Origin: Botryllus schlosseri
Lineage: Eukaryota
Assembly: GCA_051294905.1 (NCBI GenBank)
Contig: CM119371.1
Location: 28,398,001 to 28,462,000, forward strand
Length of the DNA stretch: 64,000 nucleotides
Direction of reading: 5' to 3'
Shown in pieces: positions 25,301 to 36,790 of this stretch. The notes beneath the pieces are model-generated. The model was not told where the DNA came from. It saw only the letters and a list, made by a program, of their open reading frames with translations, and did not search any database. A program made the position numbers and the translations under genes. How positions within the stretch are numbered: the stretch's first letter is position 1; every line of letters begins with the position of its first letter.

Positions 25301-27568
25301 TAAAAAAGACATGTAGGGATATGAATACAACCAGGCTTGTTATGGATTTTAGGTTTTAGTGCTTGTATGGATTCGTGTATGTTTGGCTGTTTTTCATATT
25401 GATACTGTTGAGTTGGTCGGTTAACGGATTTACTTGACAATGTTTTCGTGGTTGATTCTTTGAATATGGTAAGATGGTCAGATGTCGAGACGTAATACTA
25501 TTTCCGTGAACTCAATTACAACAAAACATAACCAGCATTCAAATAATCCGTAAGCTACAAGTGGATTTAAAACTTGATGCTGTTTTGTGGTTAACTCAAG
25601 TCAGTGGTCATATTTGTGTTGATTTCAGGAATGATCATGACGAGTTGGTCGGGTAAATTAGTGGTAGTAACTATGACCGTACAGAGTTGCTGACATTCAA
25701 ACATCTTTTACGCTGTAATATACGTATTTTATTGTGATAAATTATTTCTCAGTTATTGTTCAGACATTCAAATCTCGTATACTCAAAATATAATATGTTT
25801 ATGTCAAGTCATTTATGTGTCGATTAGTAAATAGCTTACTTTGTCTTCAGAATAGTAACGACCTTTACAATTGAATAAAAAAGACCGATCATACGAATAC
25901 AACCAGGATGAATTAATTCAAATTTGTGAGTTGCAGTGGTATAATCAAGTAAGTGAAAACTAGATTTTGAACACTTGTTAATGTTGTAAATAATTCTTTT
26001 GAGTATGGTAAGATGTTAAAAATGTCGCTTTGACAAACGAAAAGTCGGATCGCGAATAGAGTTGCAATGTTCCATTACTTGTTTCGAATCAATGTGCGTA
26101 TAATATCAATATGGGACTGTGGGAAAGTTGATAGCCATGTTTGTCAATCCTATTTCAATTCACACTACGCCAAAGTCAAAATATTCGGTTTTGGATTATC
26201 TCAATTTACCTAGTACATCCCGCGAATGGATTCCGACCCATGCTATAACTAGATCGCTATGTCTGATGCATTATCCCGTCAGCGACGTAGGGTTTTACAA
26301 TTATTTCACACCTTTTCGACTAAGCGTCAACTTCGCAAAGGATTAGGGTGGGATCAGAAATAAGTGAGAATTTGTCGGTATTCGAATCATCGTCTGTGAC
26401 GGCTCTGTTATCCGTTACTTATTAAATTTTACCAGTGAAATCCGGTTCCTGTGACATACCGATTATCAAAATATTACATTGTGGCGATTGGAATGTATGT
26501 AACAACAAGTTGGTGAGGGCTGGCTCTGTCTTAGGTGTTATCTCGTGAGTGATCGTGGGATTTGCAACCTATTTCGCACCTTTTTGAAGTGTTAGTTTGT
26601 GAACGCGGCTATTGTTGGTATCGCCGTCTACGCGGGCTCTGTGGTAAACTGCTTACTAAAATTTCACCGCGTGAGTGATCGATATGCCTGTAACACCAAG
26701 TCGCGAAAGATGGTTATGTCCGAGACATTATCTTGTCAGTGATTGCGGGGTTTGTTATATATTTCACACCTATTTGAAGTGTTAGTTTGTGAGCGTGGTT
26801 ATTGTTGGTATTCGAATCACCGTCTGCGCCGGCTCTGGGGTAATCTAATTACTCAAACATTACCATGAGAGTAATTCCTAGATTTTGCAAACTATTTTCA
26901 CGCCTTTTTTGTTGAAAGTACGACATTCCGCCCGCAGTCTATACCCGAAAGTACGAATCATCGCCGCGTCCATAAGAATAACGATATATCATTGTCATAC
27001 TCGCCATAATTTGGAATATACACATTAACTAAGGATCAATCACATGACTATTTACTTGATACATATTCAACACCGGGCGAGAGATGCCTATACCCGAAAG
27101 GGCGATTCACGACCGCACCCATAAGAACACATGGCGAATCACCACAGATCCCGTAAGAATACATGACAGGCGAATCACCACCACCACCCATAGTAAAAAA
27201 GGCGAGTCACGACCACGAGTTTCCACGGCGAATCACCGACGCAGCCTATACCTGAAAGGGCGATTCATGACCGCACCCATAAGAACACATGGCGAGTCAC
27301 CAGAGACCGCGTAAGAATACATGACAGGCGAATCACCGCCACCGCCTATAGTAAAAAAGGCGAGTCACCAACACGAGTTTTCGCGGCGAGTCACCGACGC
27401 AGCCTATACCTGAAAGGGCGAATCACGGCCGCAACCATAAGACCAAATGGCGACTCACCAGCGATAGGGGGGGTCGAAAAGGGCGAATCACCAACACGAG
27501 TTTCGCGGCGAGTCACCAGCGGGCCCATAAGAGCCCCACCCACCTCACGACCGATCATACTAACTACT
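22350..27568 (-). repeat. Right inverted arm (5219 bp)
   Basis: Mirror of 15349-20569. By eye about seven substitutions and one 2-bp indel (not an exhaustive count). Confidence 0.97.
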
Positions 27569-27771
27569 GTCGACTACTATGGGCATTTACACCAGGCCGA
27601 TATTCTCCATGTTTCCTGTAACTGCCGACCCACTCCAGGCTTTTTGTAAGACACCGCGTACGCTCACGTACATTTAGGTATTGGAATTCTGAAGTGGACC
27701 TCGGTTGGACTCGAACCCGCACCCGTTGGTGTTGTAGCCACGGATTATACCACCGCGCTATCTCGCCACGT
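27569..27771 (-). mobile_element. tRNA-derived SINE, 5' part; its 3' tail lies at 15313-15348, split off by the Polinton-like insertion
   Basis: Minus strand carries A box TAGCGCGGTGG and B box GGTTCGAGTCC. TACGAGCAGGGT flanks the whole at 15301-15312 and 27772-27783. The body matches the uninterrupted copy near 55300-55490. Confidence 0.85.
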
Positions 27772-30272
27772 TACGAGCAGGGTCAAAATCAGGGTGACGT
27801 GAGATTTACGAACCATTGCGCGGGTCACTTGAATGTTGATGCCCTTTTTTAGTCGCCCGGTAGGAGCGAACCAGATTACGTTACGGTGAAAACAAAACGC
27901 ATCGAAAGCGATTACAATTGTGTCATGAAAAGTCAGTGTTTAGTATTGTAATAACCACTCATAACCGCGCGAAACTCCAAAATATTTCAAAGTTAATAAA
28001 CGAAATCGGTTAATAAAAATGTCCCTTGCATGCGGGTCACCCCTATATACCTCTCGGCTCATTTGGCAAGTACGGGAGTACTCGGCTTTTAGACATAGAT
28101 ATATCTAAGATTTCGGCGAAGATGCGTCAATCTTTTTGTGAAAAGGTTAAGTTTGCCGACGATCCTTCAGCGAGTGCATATGCGAAGTCGAATATTGGAC
28201 GACACGTTCTCTCATCATTGCGAATACAGTTAGACTCAATTCAATACACTGGGCGTATTTTTAATGTTCATGATGGGGTATCAATATTAAAAGCAAGAAA
28301 TCGAGTGAACTCGCGCGAAGGGAGGCCAAGAAAGCCAAGTCGAATATATCTGCCACGAAATATTCTACTCAATCGTCATACACAGATATCTACGAAAATT
28401 GTGACTGCCTCCTGGCCACGACAATGCGTCGGAACTGATAATTTAGTCATCAACATTCCAAATTTCGAGGTGAGGCTAATGACATTATTGGTTCACCTTG
28501 CAAGTTCGCAATAAATAACCCCGCAAATGCATTTTTTGATATAACTTATTTCGATAATTACCTTGCTGGGCACTCAAAACCTTCTCGCGGGCCATCGCGG
28601 CTTATTCTGCGTATGATGCAAAAGTTGACTAAACAAAGAGTTCGACTCAATGGAAAGTAGACGCGGGTACCTGATTTCCGAGCTCATACTCGCAAAATTG
28701 ATTTTTTTTATGGTCAATTAATCAGAAAAATTTGGATCGATCTGGAAAAGGGGGCGATGAGTCGAAATAAGGTTGGGAAACACTCATCTAGTCATATCTC
28801 ATAACGTAATCTGTAATTGTAATCGATTACACTAAATCAGTAATTGCCCATTGTATGGAACAGAGCACTCGGTTCTCCGACGTCATTCCGGCAACAGAAC
28901 TGACCGCAAACAAGAATCATTTTCGTCGTTCATATTGAAGAAAAAATTCGTGCAATTGGTATTGAAACATATATTGGTACATACGGGTTCACGTTAGCGT
29001 TTCGACTGACGCCAACTTTGAGCCACAAACCACAAACTCCGAGACAAGTATTCGCGACGGTAAGATATTGATAGTGGCCGTAATAGGACATTCGTCGTTG
29101 TGAGTTGAAAAGTTACATAGTCGACGAACATAAAATCGCCATTTCGATTGACGAGCAAAAGAAGGGACACACGAAACCAGGCAAATAAACGCACGTTAGC
29201 TGGTGGTTGACGCAGAGTAAACTACGCATAAAAAAGCATCTGCTCGCCAGGTGATTTCATCCGGCCCGCGAAGCCATTATGATTAAATTGAAAATGCATG
29301 TATTATCCAGCACATTTCTCACAAATGTTGAGATTTCTAGTAGGAAGTACTTTCACTAAATAGTTCTTCAAGGTAGCACATGTCGAGACTGTTTATATGC
29401 CACATTATAACCACCCGATTGCTCCGTTGTGCTCTGTTTCTATTCACCATTAGGAGCAGGTCGCTGACATTGACCCCCAATTCCGACAAGGCAAGAAAGT
29501 GCGAGTTCATTTCACTGCTAAAAAACTAGTTATTCAAAAAAGCGAAAATGTCAAGAACCCTGATACGCAGATTACATGGAAAGTATAATAGAGGTCTCCA
29601 GCCTCGAGAGAAACCCGAATTGCAATGTAATAATATGAAGCAAATTTCAACGTCCGCGTTTACAGTTAAATCTTTTGCGTTCCTAAGAACGCATACGCAA
29701 GGTCGATGTCAATATATCACTAAAACGAAGGGAGCATATAGACGGATGCCCCCTTATATCATCGTTAGTCACGGTTATTCAGCCGCCCAATCATCGTTTT
29801 TTTGCCAATTCTATTGTTTCCACATAACAGGTGCAGCTAGAACAGAACCCTTATGATCCATGTAATATACTATTGTGTACGCCGGGTAATGAAGTATTCA
29901 AATGGAAAATAAGACCATGGATTTAGAGGTATTTTTGTATTGAGGAATTTTGGTGCGGCCCGCGAGTGATCTGAAGTAATGAATCCGGTAGGCGACGTTA
30001 GTTGAGTTTGACACCCCTGGTCTAAATACATACTCTTGAATCGCCCTGCTGCATTATAATAATGTTTATCGATCTCTTTTGTATTCGATGCAGCGACCAA
30101 CGTCAATACCGCAGCAGAAAAATCATTGTTACCAAGATATCATATTATATGCCATGATATCACTTCCACTTATCAAAACGTTTCCACGCACGTAACAGAT
30201 AAACTTCTGGTTGCGACAACAATTTCTACTACAGCGATCCGCCTTTGATTTGCCCCACGTATCGTCGCATCC

Positions 30273-31655
30273 TTACTTTCCGTCGCTTTCGTGGATTCGT
30301 AAGTGACGCACGAGAGAACTCTTTATACCGAATGTCCTTCCGCATATATCGCACTCATGCTCTTTTACTCCCGAGTGAATCTTGCTGTGGATTCTCAAGT
30401 AGGATTTGACATTGAATATTTTCCCGCATATTTCACACGGGTATTTTGCTTCCGTGTGGACGGAATAGTGATGTCTGAGGTTAGTCCTTTGTCGAAAGAC
30501 TTTACCGCATGTATCGCAATCATACCTTTTCGCATTTAAATGGGCCGACTCCGTGTGTGTCTGAGTGTTACACTTCGAACTAAATGCTTTACCACAAATC
30601 TCACATTGGAACTCTTTAAATCCGACATGGTACTTCATGTGCGCTCTTAAATGAGATTCGCTGGCGAATCTTTTCGCACATACATCGCACACAAACTCTT
30701 TCAATCCGACGTGAATGTTCATGTGTCTTCGCATATTGGATTTGAGATCGAATCGTTTCCCACATACCTCGCATTGATATTTTATGTCCATATGTGCGGC
30801 ATTATGATATCTTAGTTGATTCTCTTGCAAAAAAGCTTTCCCGCATACATCGCACTCATATTCTTTCATATTCAAGTGTATCACCTTCACGTGTCTCTTA
30901 AGGTTCGACTTCCAACGAAATGCTTCCCCGCAAATCTCGCACTTATGTCTCTTATCTCCGGCGTGAATCAAATAATGACTTTCCAGTTGAGATCCGGTTT
31001 TGAATCCTTTTCCGCATATTCGGCACTCGTAATCTTTTGCTGCAGTATGAACGGCAAAATGACTTTTCAGGTCACATTTCTTTCGGAAATCTTTGCCGCA
31101 TACCTGACACACGTAATCTTTAGTCTTAGTGTGAATCAAGTAATGATTGTCCAGTTTACATTTCTGTCCGAAACTTTTGCCGCATATATGGCACTCGTAC
31201 TCTTTTGCCTTGGTATGAATCAAGTGATGTCTTTTCAGATTACATTTCTCTTCGAATTCTTTGTCGCATATACGACACTCGTACTCTTTCGCTCCAGTAT
31301 GACTCAAATAATGTGTTTTCAAATGGTCCTTTCTAGTGAAACCTTTCCCGCAAATTTCGCACTCACACTCTTTCACCCCAGCGTGAATTTTCATGTGGTT
31401 TCTCAAGTTTGATTTGAAATTGAATGATCTCCCGCATATGTCGCAATTATGACCTTCCTTTTTCGCGTGGCACGCGAGATGATGTATTAGGTAAGGCCTT
31501 TGCACAAAGTTTTTTCCGCATATGTCGCACTCAAACTCCTTCGAAGTGGCGTGAATTTTCATGTGCCTTGTCAGATAAGATTTGATGATGAATCCCATTC
31601 CACATACCTCGCAAATATTATCATTGCAGGCGATACGATGCTGGGATCGGGCCAT
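30273..31655 (-). CDS. Poly-C2H2 zinc-finger protein (ZF2), 460 aa, 16 fingers
   Basis: Tandem C2H2 array. The N-terminus MARSQHRIACNDNICEVCGMGFIIKSYLTRHMKIH aligns with the ZF1 N-terminus, and the C-terminal fingers (KYPC.ICGKIFNVKSYL) are shared. Confidence 0.9.
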   Translation of the reverse strand: MARSQHRIACNDNICEVCGMGFIIKSYLTRHMKIHATSKEFECDICGKNFVQRPYLIHHLACHAKKEGHNCDICGRSFNFKSNLRNHMKIHAGVKECECEICGKGFTRKDHLKTHYLSHTGAKEYECRICDKEFEEKCNLKRHHLIHTKAKEYECHICGKSFGQKCKLDNHYLIHTKTKDYVCQVCGKDFRKKCDLKSHFAVHTAAKDYECRICGKGFKTGSQLESHYLIHAGDKRHKCEICGEAFRWKSNLKRHVKVIHLNMKEYECDVCGKAFLQENQLRYHNAAHMDIKYQCEVCGKRFDLKSNMRRHMNIHVGLKEFVCDVCAKRFASESHLRAHMKYHVGFKEFQCEICGKAFSSKCNTQTHTESAHLNAKRYDCDTCGKVFRQRTNLRHHYSVHTEAKYPCEICGKIFNVKSYLRIHSKIHSGVKEHECDICGRTFGIKSSLVRHLRIHESDGK

Positions 31656-33041
31656 TTCTAGCTTTGCGAGTACACTTTGCGACTTTAGCTGCGATGAGAA
31701 TACAATTCCATCTATCGGTCTTTCAGCAAATATCGTGAAAAAATTAGTGTATTGCTGCGTTCTAAAATTTTCAAAAGATTACATCATGAAAAGATATGCT
31801 TTTTTCGAATCACAAAACTTCAGTATTCGTTATAACAGAGCTAGAGGTAGGCAGAGCATTTTCTGCTATTACTCAACTGGAAGTACAACTAGAATACTGT
31901 CCAATTCTGATCAATTACAAGCGGAAGTACCGCGATTTTCAGAGAGTGTCAACACTACATGTGGTAAAAGTAGAAACCATTGCAGGACTACACTGTTATG
32001 AAGCAATTATACGGTCGGCGGTCACCATGATCAGAACACCCATTCCGTACCAATGATCTATATCTACTTGCTATAACTGTCGAACCGATGACAATGTCGA
32101 GGGTACAGCCACTCCATATCGTATACGTCGACTCTATTGGGTGCGAATCGTCCGTAGGCTCATACTATACATGTTTTTCGAAAGAATTCACACATTTATG
32201 GCATAATCATACAACGTTTGGAACAAAACACAACTAATTTTTTAAGGCATTTGTTTGAAACGCAGTTTGTTTTAAATGCAGCCTTAACTACAATTAAAAC
32301 TACTCACTTTTCAAAACTCGCAAATATATAAGGAATTACCAACGACCTTTAAAAATCTCTAGCTAACTAATTAAAGCACGACTGACTACATCATGATTCT
32401 TAACCACTTTTTTCCCAGGAGCCGCAGGGATTCCATGATCAAGTCTCAGGGGATCCCTGGAGGTCGCGGCACGCGCTAAACTCAGACATATGATTTGCGA
32501 AGACAAGCCCGTTTTGACCAACATTGACTGCAAGCAATTATGCTCGATCAGCATTTGAATTGTGACTGTTTTATTGGTACGTCGCGTGCAGTGGCGTAAG
32601 AAGGGAAGGTCGTGGTTCGAAATCGGAACTGGAGTCTGAACGATATGATGGCGCTTACTTTCCTAATGCGAAGCCGCGAGACTATATGAACTATAGTCTC
32701 TAAAAGGAAGAGCAGGTGCCATACTGATTAGTAGGGCGATTTTTTACCTAAAAACAGAAGATTTTGACCTGAAAAAAATTGACATTTTCTTACCCCAAAA
32801 AACTTAATTTTGCCCAAATTTTTACCTCGCGTATGCAAATTAGATGTTTTAGCACATGATTTTAAAATTGTACCACTTTTCCTCATTTGTGGTTGGAACT
32901 GTCTGTCCTTGCGAAGTAGTTTGGCCTGAAATAATGTTATTGACTTGATATCTGACAAATATTTACATGAAAAAACTTGATTTTAACGAAATCTGACCCT
33001 ATGAAGAATTCCAGTAGTTACATCAGGTATTATGGTATGAA

Positions 33042-33350
33042 TTATTTAAATTTGTTGTGGTACAACGAAAGATACGTTCCTACTTTCTCGGGTAGAAAGT
33101 GTATTTCATTGCTAAGTAGCTTGCCAAAAATGGAGAAAGAACGTTGAACTGCAGCATTTAATTGCTGATAACACTCTAGTTTTGCGTACACTGCTGCTGA
33201 AAAACCGCGTTTCTTCATTCTGACAATGTTGTCTATATCATAATTTTTCATCATGTGCTTTTTGATGTAAGAATCATGCAATGGTTAAGCAGTCCTGTTT
33301 CAATTAGGATATTGTGGTACTTTGAGTATAACACCACGTCAACCTATTTG
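33042..33350 (-). pseudogene. hAT transposase C-terminal fragment
   Basis: NAAVQRSFSIFGKLLSNEIHFLPEKVGTYLSLYHN resembles the hAT dimerisation motif (xxAxVERSFS...). Confidence 0.6.
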
Positions 33351-36300
33351 TTTCATTTGACCGTTTATGATTCACAGGGAACAGACAATGGGCTGTCTGC
33401 AACGGAAGGCCTATAACGTAGGCTTCACGCAGTATCTCCCACACATATTTAGCGCTGCTAAACCACGCACAAGTAACTGCCTCTGTCGATATTTATCAGA
33501 AAAAATAGAGAATGGAATGTGAAAAGTCAGAAAGCTAATTTGATGCAATACATACTCCGACTCCCCTACACATCTATATGAGATGCAATTCAAGCCTGCG
33601 TCAATGGTTGGCGAGTAACAGGAACTGATAAACTCTATACAAATTCGATATAAATCATGCAAGAGGTTTGGTTGAGGTGAGCACTGACCACAATGAGCAA
33701 TCTATAGAACAGAGATAGATACTTTGCTATTGGATTATTTTCCTACTATTTTACGTCAACGTAAGCAGTAGCTTCGATCATTTCGTTTGCGGCTCAGTAT
33801 AGCGCACAAATATTGATTGGCGCTCTCACCCACCACACCAAGTCATCGTGAAAAATCAGTACATAATGCAAGACACCGTGCTTTTGATCGACACCAATTA
33901 CTCGATGAATTGATATTGACTAGTAAATTTAGTTCCGAGTCACGAGTCAATCCACATTTCTGAAACGCCAAGTCAGGTCAAGTCATGCGAAAAAGGTTAC
34001 TCGAGTCATCCCAACACTGATGACATAGCAGGGTTGCAAAACCCGAGAGTGAAAGTGGTCCGAGCCAAAAGATCAAGTTACAGGCGCATGAAAATGAGAG
34101 ACCGATGGGGAAAGACCTCGGTGCAGACTGCAGAAGTCGTCAGCAATATTACAAAGACCTATAAAGACACTGGTAATAACTGAAGTTACTGTCCTGGTGC
34201 AAATTACCTTATAGGCGATGAGCGCCACTTTTATACGTGCGAATTAAACAAACAAGTACGAAATGTTAAAGTAGGGTTAACCTATTTTGGAAACCTGAAA
34301 AGAGGACACTTTTTCAAAATTTTCAGACTTGCAATATCGGAGGAAAATCCAGAATAAGTTGTAAATTTTCCCCCTTCGTGGTCGGTTGACTAACAAAAAG
34401 GCATACTTTCTGGCTCAACTCCCGAATTACGGTTTTTCTTTCACCCTATCCGTTGGTTGACTAAAAAATGGTCTGTAAAAAAGGGGCAAAATCACAAAAA
34501 AAGAGAACATTTGGGCGTCCCCCGAGGACACTTTCAAAAAAGTCCAAAAAGAGGACAAATCCTCTCAAAAGAGGACTCATGGTAACCCTATGTTAAGATC
34601 CATACTGCCCGATGCAGCTCAATAATTTTCGTTTAACAGGAATATCAGACATAGAATCAGCATTGCAAAAGTGTCGAGTTTGAAATGGGAGGGGTTCCGA
34701 TCTCAGACCCCACCCGCTGGCTACGCCAATGTTAGTATCGATGACTATGAGCTGAAAATGGCTGCAAAAACACGATACAACAGAACACCGGTATCACGGG
34801 TGACAACAAACGATGACACCTGTTTTCTAGTTTTTCGGTAACTAATATTATTTTTAAATACGCAACTAGAACTAGAACCACTTACTTTTCAAAATATGCA
34901 GCTACAACTAGAACTACCGGCACTTACTTTTTGAAATCTACAACCGGAACAGAACTAGACCTACGCAAATTTCAAACTCCGTAACTAGAAGTAGAACGCC
35001 TCACGTTTAGAAATGCGCAATTAAAACTAGAACTACTTAATAAACCGTTACTTAGTGGACAGTCATGACAGACGATTAACTAAATGACTAGTTAGTACAA
35101 GGCTGTCTACATCGCATATTCGTTATGTAATTTCCCCCGTTACAGTAATCTACTTGAATGAAAGTATAGAGTATGCATCTCGATTTGCGCTGCCGTGTGA
35201 TAGTTGAGTAATCCCTAAACTCGTGGTGACATCCCTTTAGATGGCAACTCTTCGATCACAACTTCGAAATTTCAACTAGACATGTATGATGTTGGATCAT
35301 ATTCAGGAGTGCATATTGTAACTATAATGCCTTGGACTATGGGTGGCATTTAAAACAAAAATAAATTTAAAAGAAACATGTTTAAAACATGTTAAGTCAT
35401 GACGTCACGGATATTCAATTGTGACAACATAGTGGATTTACAATTGAAAATATAGGGTAAATATACCTTCTTTGACGAACTATCTACGTAATAAAGCTGT
35501 TGAACTGACTATTTTGAGGATTCCAACCATCCCATATCGTATACATCGGCAATATCCGGTGGTAATTATCCGTAGGCTCATACAACAGGATTTTTGGAAA
35601 GTATTTACACAATTATGACATGATTTTACAACTTAAAAAAAAAATTAAAGGGCCATTGAAACATGTTTTAAACGAAGTGTCTTGAACAATGATTTCTTCT
35701 AAATACAACCATACTTATACCTTGGTAATTGTTTTGGTATTCGAAACGTTTCGAACGTTCAGTCAGTTTACAGCGGTCCAACTTGCCGCGCGGTCAGCTT
35801 GCGCATTAGGATTTCACAATTCACCGGCCGACAATTTATATTCACGTCACATCGAAATGAGTTTTCCAACACCGGGTGTGCGTGTCACTTTGAGAAATCA
35901 TGGAGGCGAGGAAAATCAATTTTGATTCGTGGTTGTGCTAATTGAAATCTGCCAACGTTTTTTCATTGAGCAACGATCAACAGAGCCCTTCCTGGCTCGC
36001 TTCAAGAGTTGATTGGGATAGGGATATTCAGCGCTCCGTAAATGCTTATCGGGCTTGCAATATTACATTGAGCATCTGTTACGTGAGTTACGTGTGCACT
36101 GTGCACCTGTGCAAAGCATGCCAATTTGCGTTCACGCTTATACATTAGGCCAGGGATGGGCAATTACTTTTAGCCGCTGGTCAAATGAGAAGTATAAAAT
36201 ACGTTGGCGGGCCTAGTGAATTTTTTTAGCTAAATTCTGCACCGCATTTTAATTTTATTTCTAAATAGTGAAAAATTTCGCACCCCCTCCCTATCATGAT

Positions 36301-36790
36301 ATCACAAAAAGAGCTACCAGAATGCCAGGAATCTCAATGGATATTTTGATGGCGTGGAAGGTGATGGCTATTGATGAGAAAATTCTGACCTTTCAAAGTC
36401 GGACAGCACAGAGCAATAACAATGAGCTATGGGTAAATGACGCGGATTTTTTAAAATTTAACCTCGGTTTCGCGCCCCTTCAGATGTTTTCACGCCCCCT
36501 CTCCCGGTTCAAGAATCACTACATGAAATCGATTTGGGATAGTAAAAGGCTTATTGTCTTGGACACTTCTTCTCGAGCAGTGTGCAGATGTAATAGCCAT
36601 GTCTGTCTGCGTGTTTTTGTCATGAGACCGACTTCAATTAAAATCCCTAATCTCGGTGACATGCTCGGCTAAAACTAAGGGGTTTATCTTTGACCCCAGT
36701 ATACAAATATGTAGTGTTCAAAACCTTCTTTGAATTTCAGTTTTCCGCTTCCTTTTTTGACAAGGCTGTTCGATCTTCATCCTTTATGAG

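Larger units (their letters stand above)
15349..27568. mobile_element. Non-autonomous Polinton/Maverick-like element, 12,220 bp, with giant inverted arms
   Basis: Ends 5'-AGTAGTTAGTAT...ATACTAACTACT-3'; GTCGAC duplicated at 15343-15348 and 27569-27574. AGTAGT-type termini with a 6-bp TSD are Polinton hallmarks. No intact integrase, pPolB or capsid ORF. Confidence 0.8.

Noticed and set aside
15343..27574. Cloning or assembly artefact bounded by SalI sites (GTCGAC)
   Set aside because: The site is native to the SINE family, the flanks are collinear halves of one SINE, the arms differ at several positions and the ends carry transposon-type termini.
27700..27770. Functional tRNA gene
   Set aside because: A/B boxes are present but the sequence continues into a SINE body with a TSD; I could not fold a convincing cloverleaf. 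The same applies to ~58290-58362 and ~40605-40685.
28026..28514. 162-aa ORF
   Set aside because: Non-ATG start, no recognisable domain, lies in repeat-derived DNA.
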